From the NCBI RefSeq assembly GCF_048593235.1, contig NC_133622.1, positions 251,600,055 through 251,664,054 on the forward strand: DNA of 64,000 nt, in the 5' to 3' direction. The position numbers and the translations under genes were made by a program. The notes under the pieces are model-generated. The model was given only the letters and a program-made list of their open reading frames with translations, did no database searches and was not told the DNA's origin. Below are positions 63,393 through 64,000 of the stretch, in pieces. This DNA is from Sminthopsis crassicaudata. Lineage: Eukaryota. The stretch's first letter is position 1. Each line of letters starts with the position of its first letter.

Positions 63393-64000
63393 AAAACAAT
63401 ATTGCTGTTACCATATACAATGTTCTCTTGGTTCTGCTCATTTCACTTCATTATTTTGTGAAGATCTCTACATGCTTTTCTAAAATCATCATTTTTCTAG
63501 AGCAGAGTAATATTCCATCATGAACTTATACCACAAGCCCTTGTTTAGCCATTCCCCAATTTACAAATACCTGCAATTTCCAATTCTTTGCTTGCATACA
63601 GAGAGCTGCTATAAATATTTTAGGACATGTAGGTTCTTTTCTATTTTCCCTAACTATCTCTAGAAACCTACCTGATAGTTGTGTTGTTGTATCAAAGGCA
63701 GTTTAATAACTCTTTGGACATAATTCCAAATGTCTCTCCAGCATGGTAGGATAAGCTCACAAATCCACCAGCACTGAATTAAAGTCCCAATTTTTCCACA
63801 TCCTTGCTAAGATTTGTCACTTTTCCCCTTCTATCATTACAGTTAATCTGGTAGATATAAATTGATATGATAAATAGTGAATTCTTCCCTCAAAAGCTGC
63901 TGTTGTTAGGTTTATTGCACACTAGCTATTTTGTTTATTGGTTTCTGTACCTTATTTATATAGCACTTCAAAGTTTGCAAAATGCTTTACCAATATTAGC

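Overview
Eukaryotic (marsupial) genomic DNA, GC-rich and gene-dense, with the gene order and orientation I recall for human 11q13.2: DPP3 (+, last 6 exons), BBS1 (+, 17 exons), ZDHHC24 (-, 3 exons), ACTN3 (+, 21 exons), CTSF (-, 14 exons), CCDC87 (-, single exon), CCS (+, 8 exons). I traced all exons by hand. Each has GT-AG boundaries and every spliced CDS is in frame and stop-free. The SINE and L1 3' ends resemble Australian-marsupial, probably dasyurid, families (inference from recalled consensus, not a search). There is a 494-N gap in ACTN3 intron 7. I found no unexplained protein-coding gene, RNA gene or CRISPR, and I cannot support a new multi-gene system. The best leads are: (1) a promoter-like motif cluster in ACTN3 intron 14, upstream of an in-frame strong-Kozak Met lying past the R577-equivalent codon; (2) an extra intron splitting what is one exon in human CTSF; (3) a Cys replacing the conserved loop-5 Arg of the CCS copper domain; (4) a ~100-nt near-perfect hairpin downstream of CCS; (5) several intronic minisatellites built from SINE/L2 ends or carrying repeated forkhead or DR1 motifs; (6) no poly(A) hexamer between DPP3 and BBS1. 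Comparisons to human and mouse proteins are from memory and need alignment.
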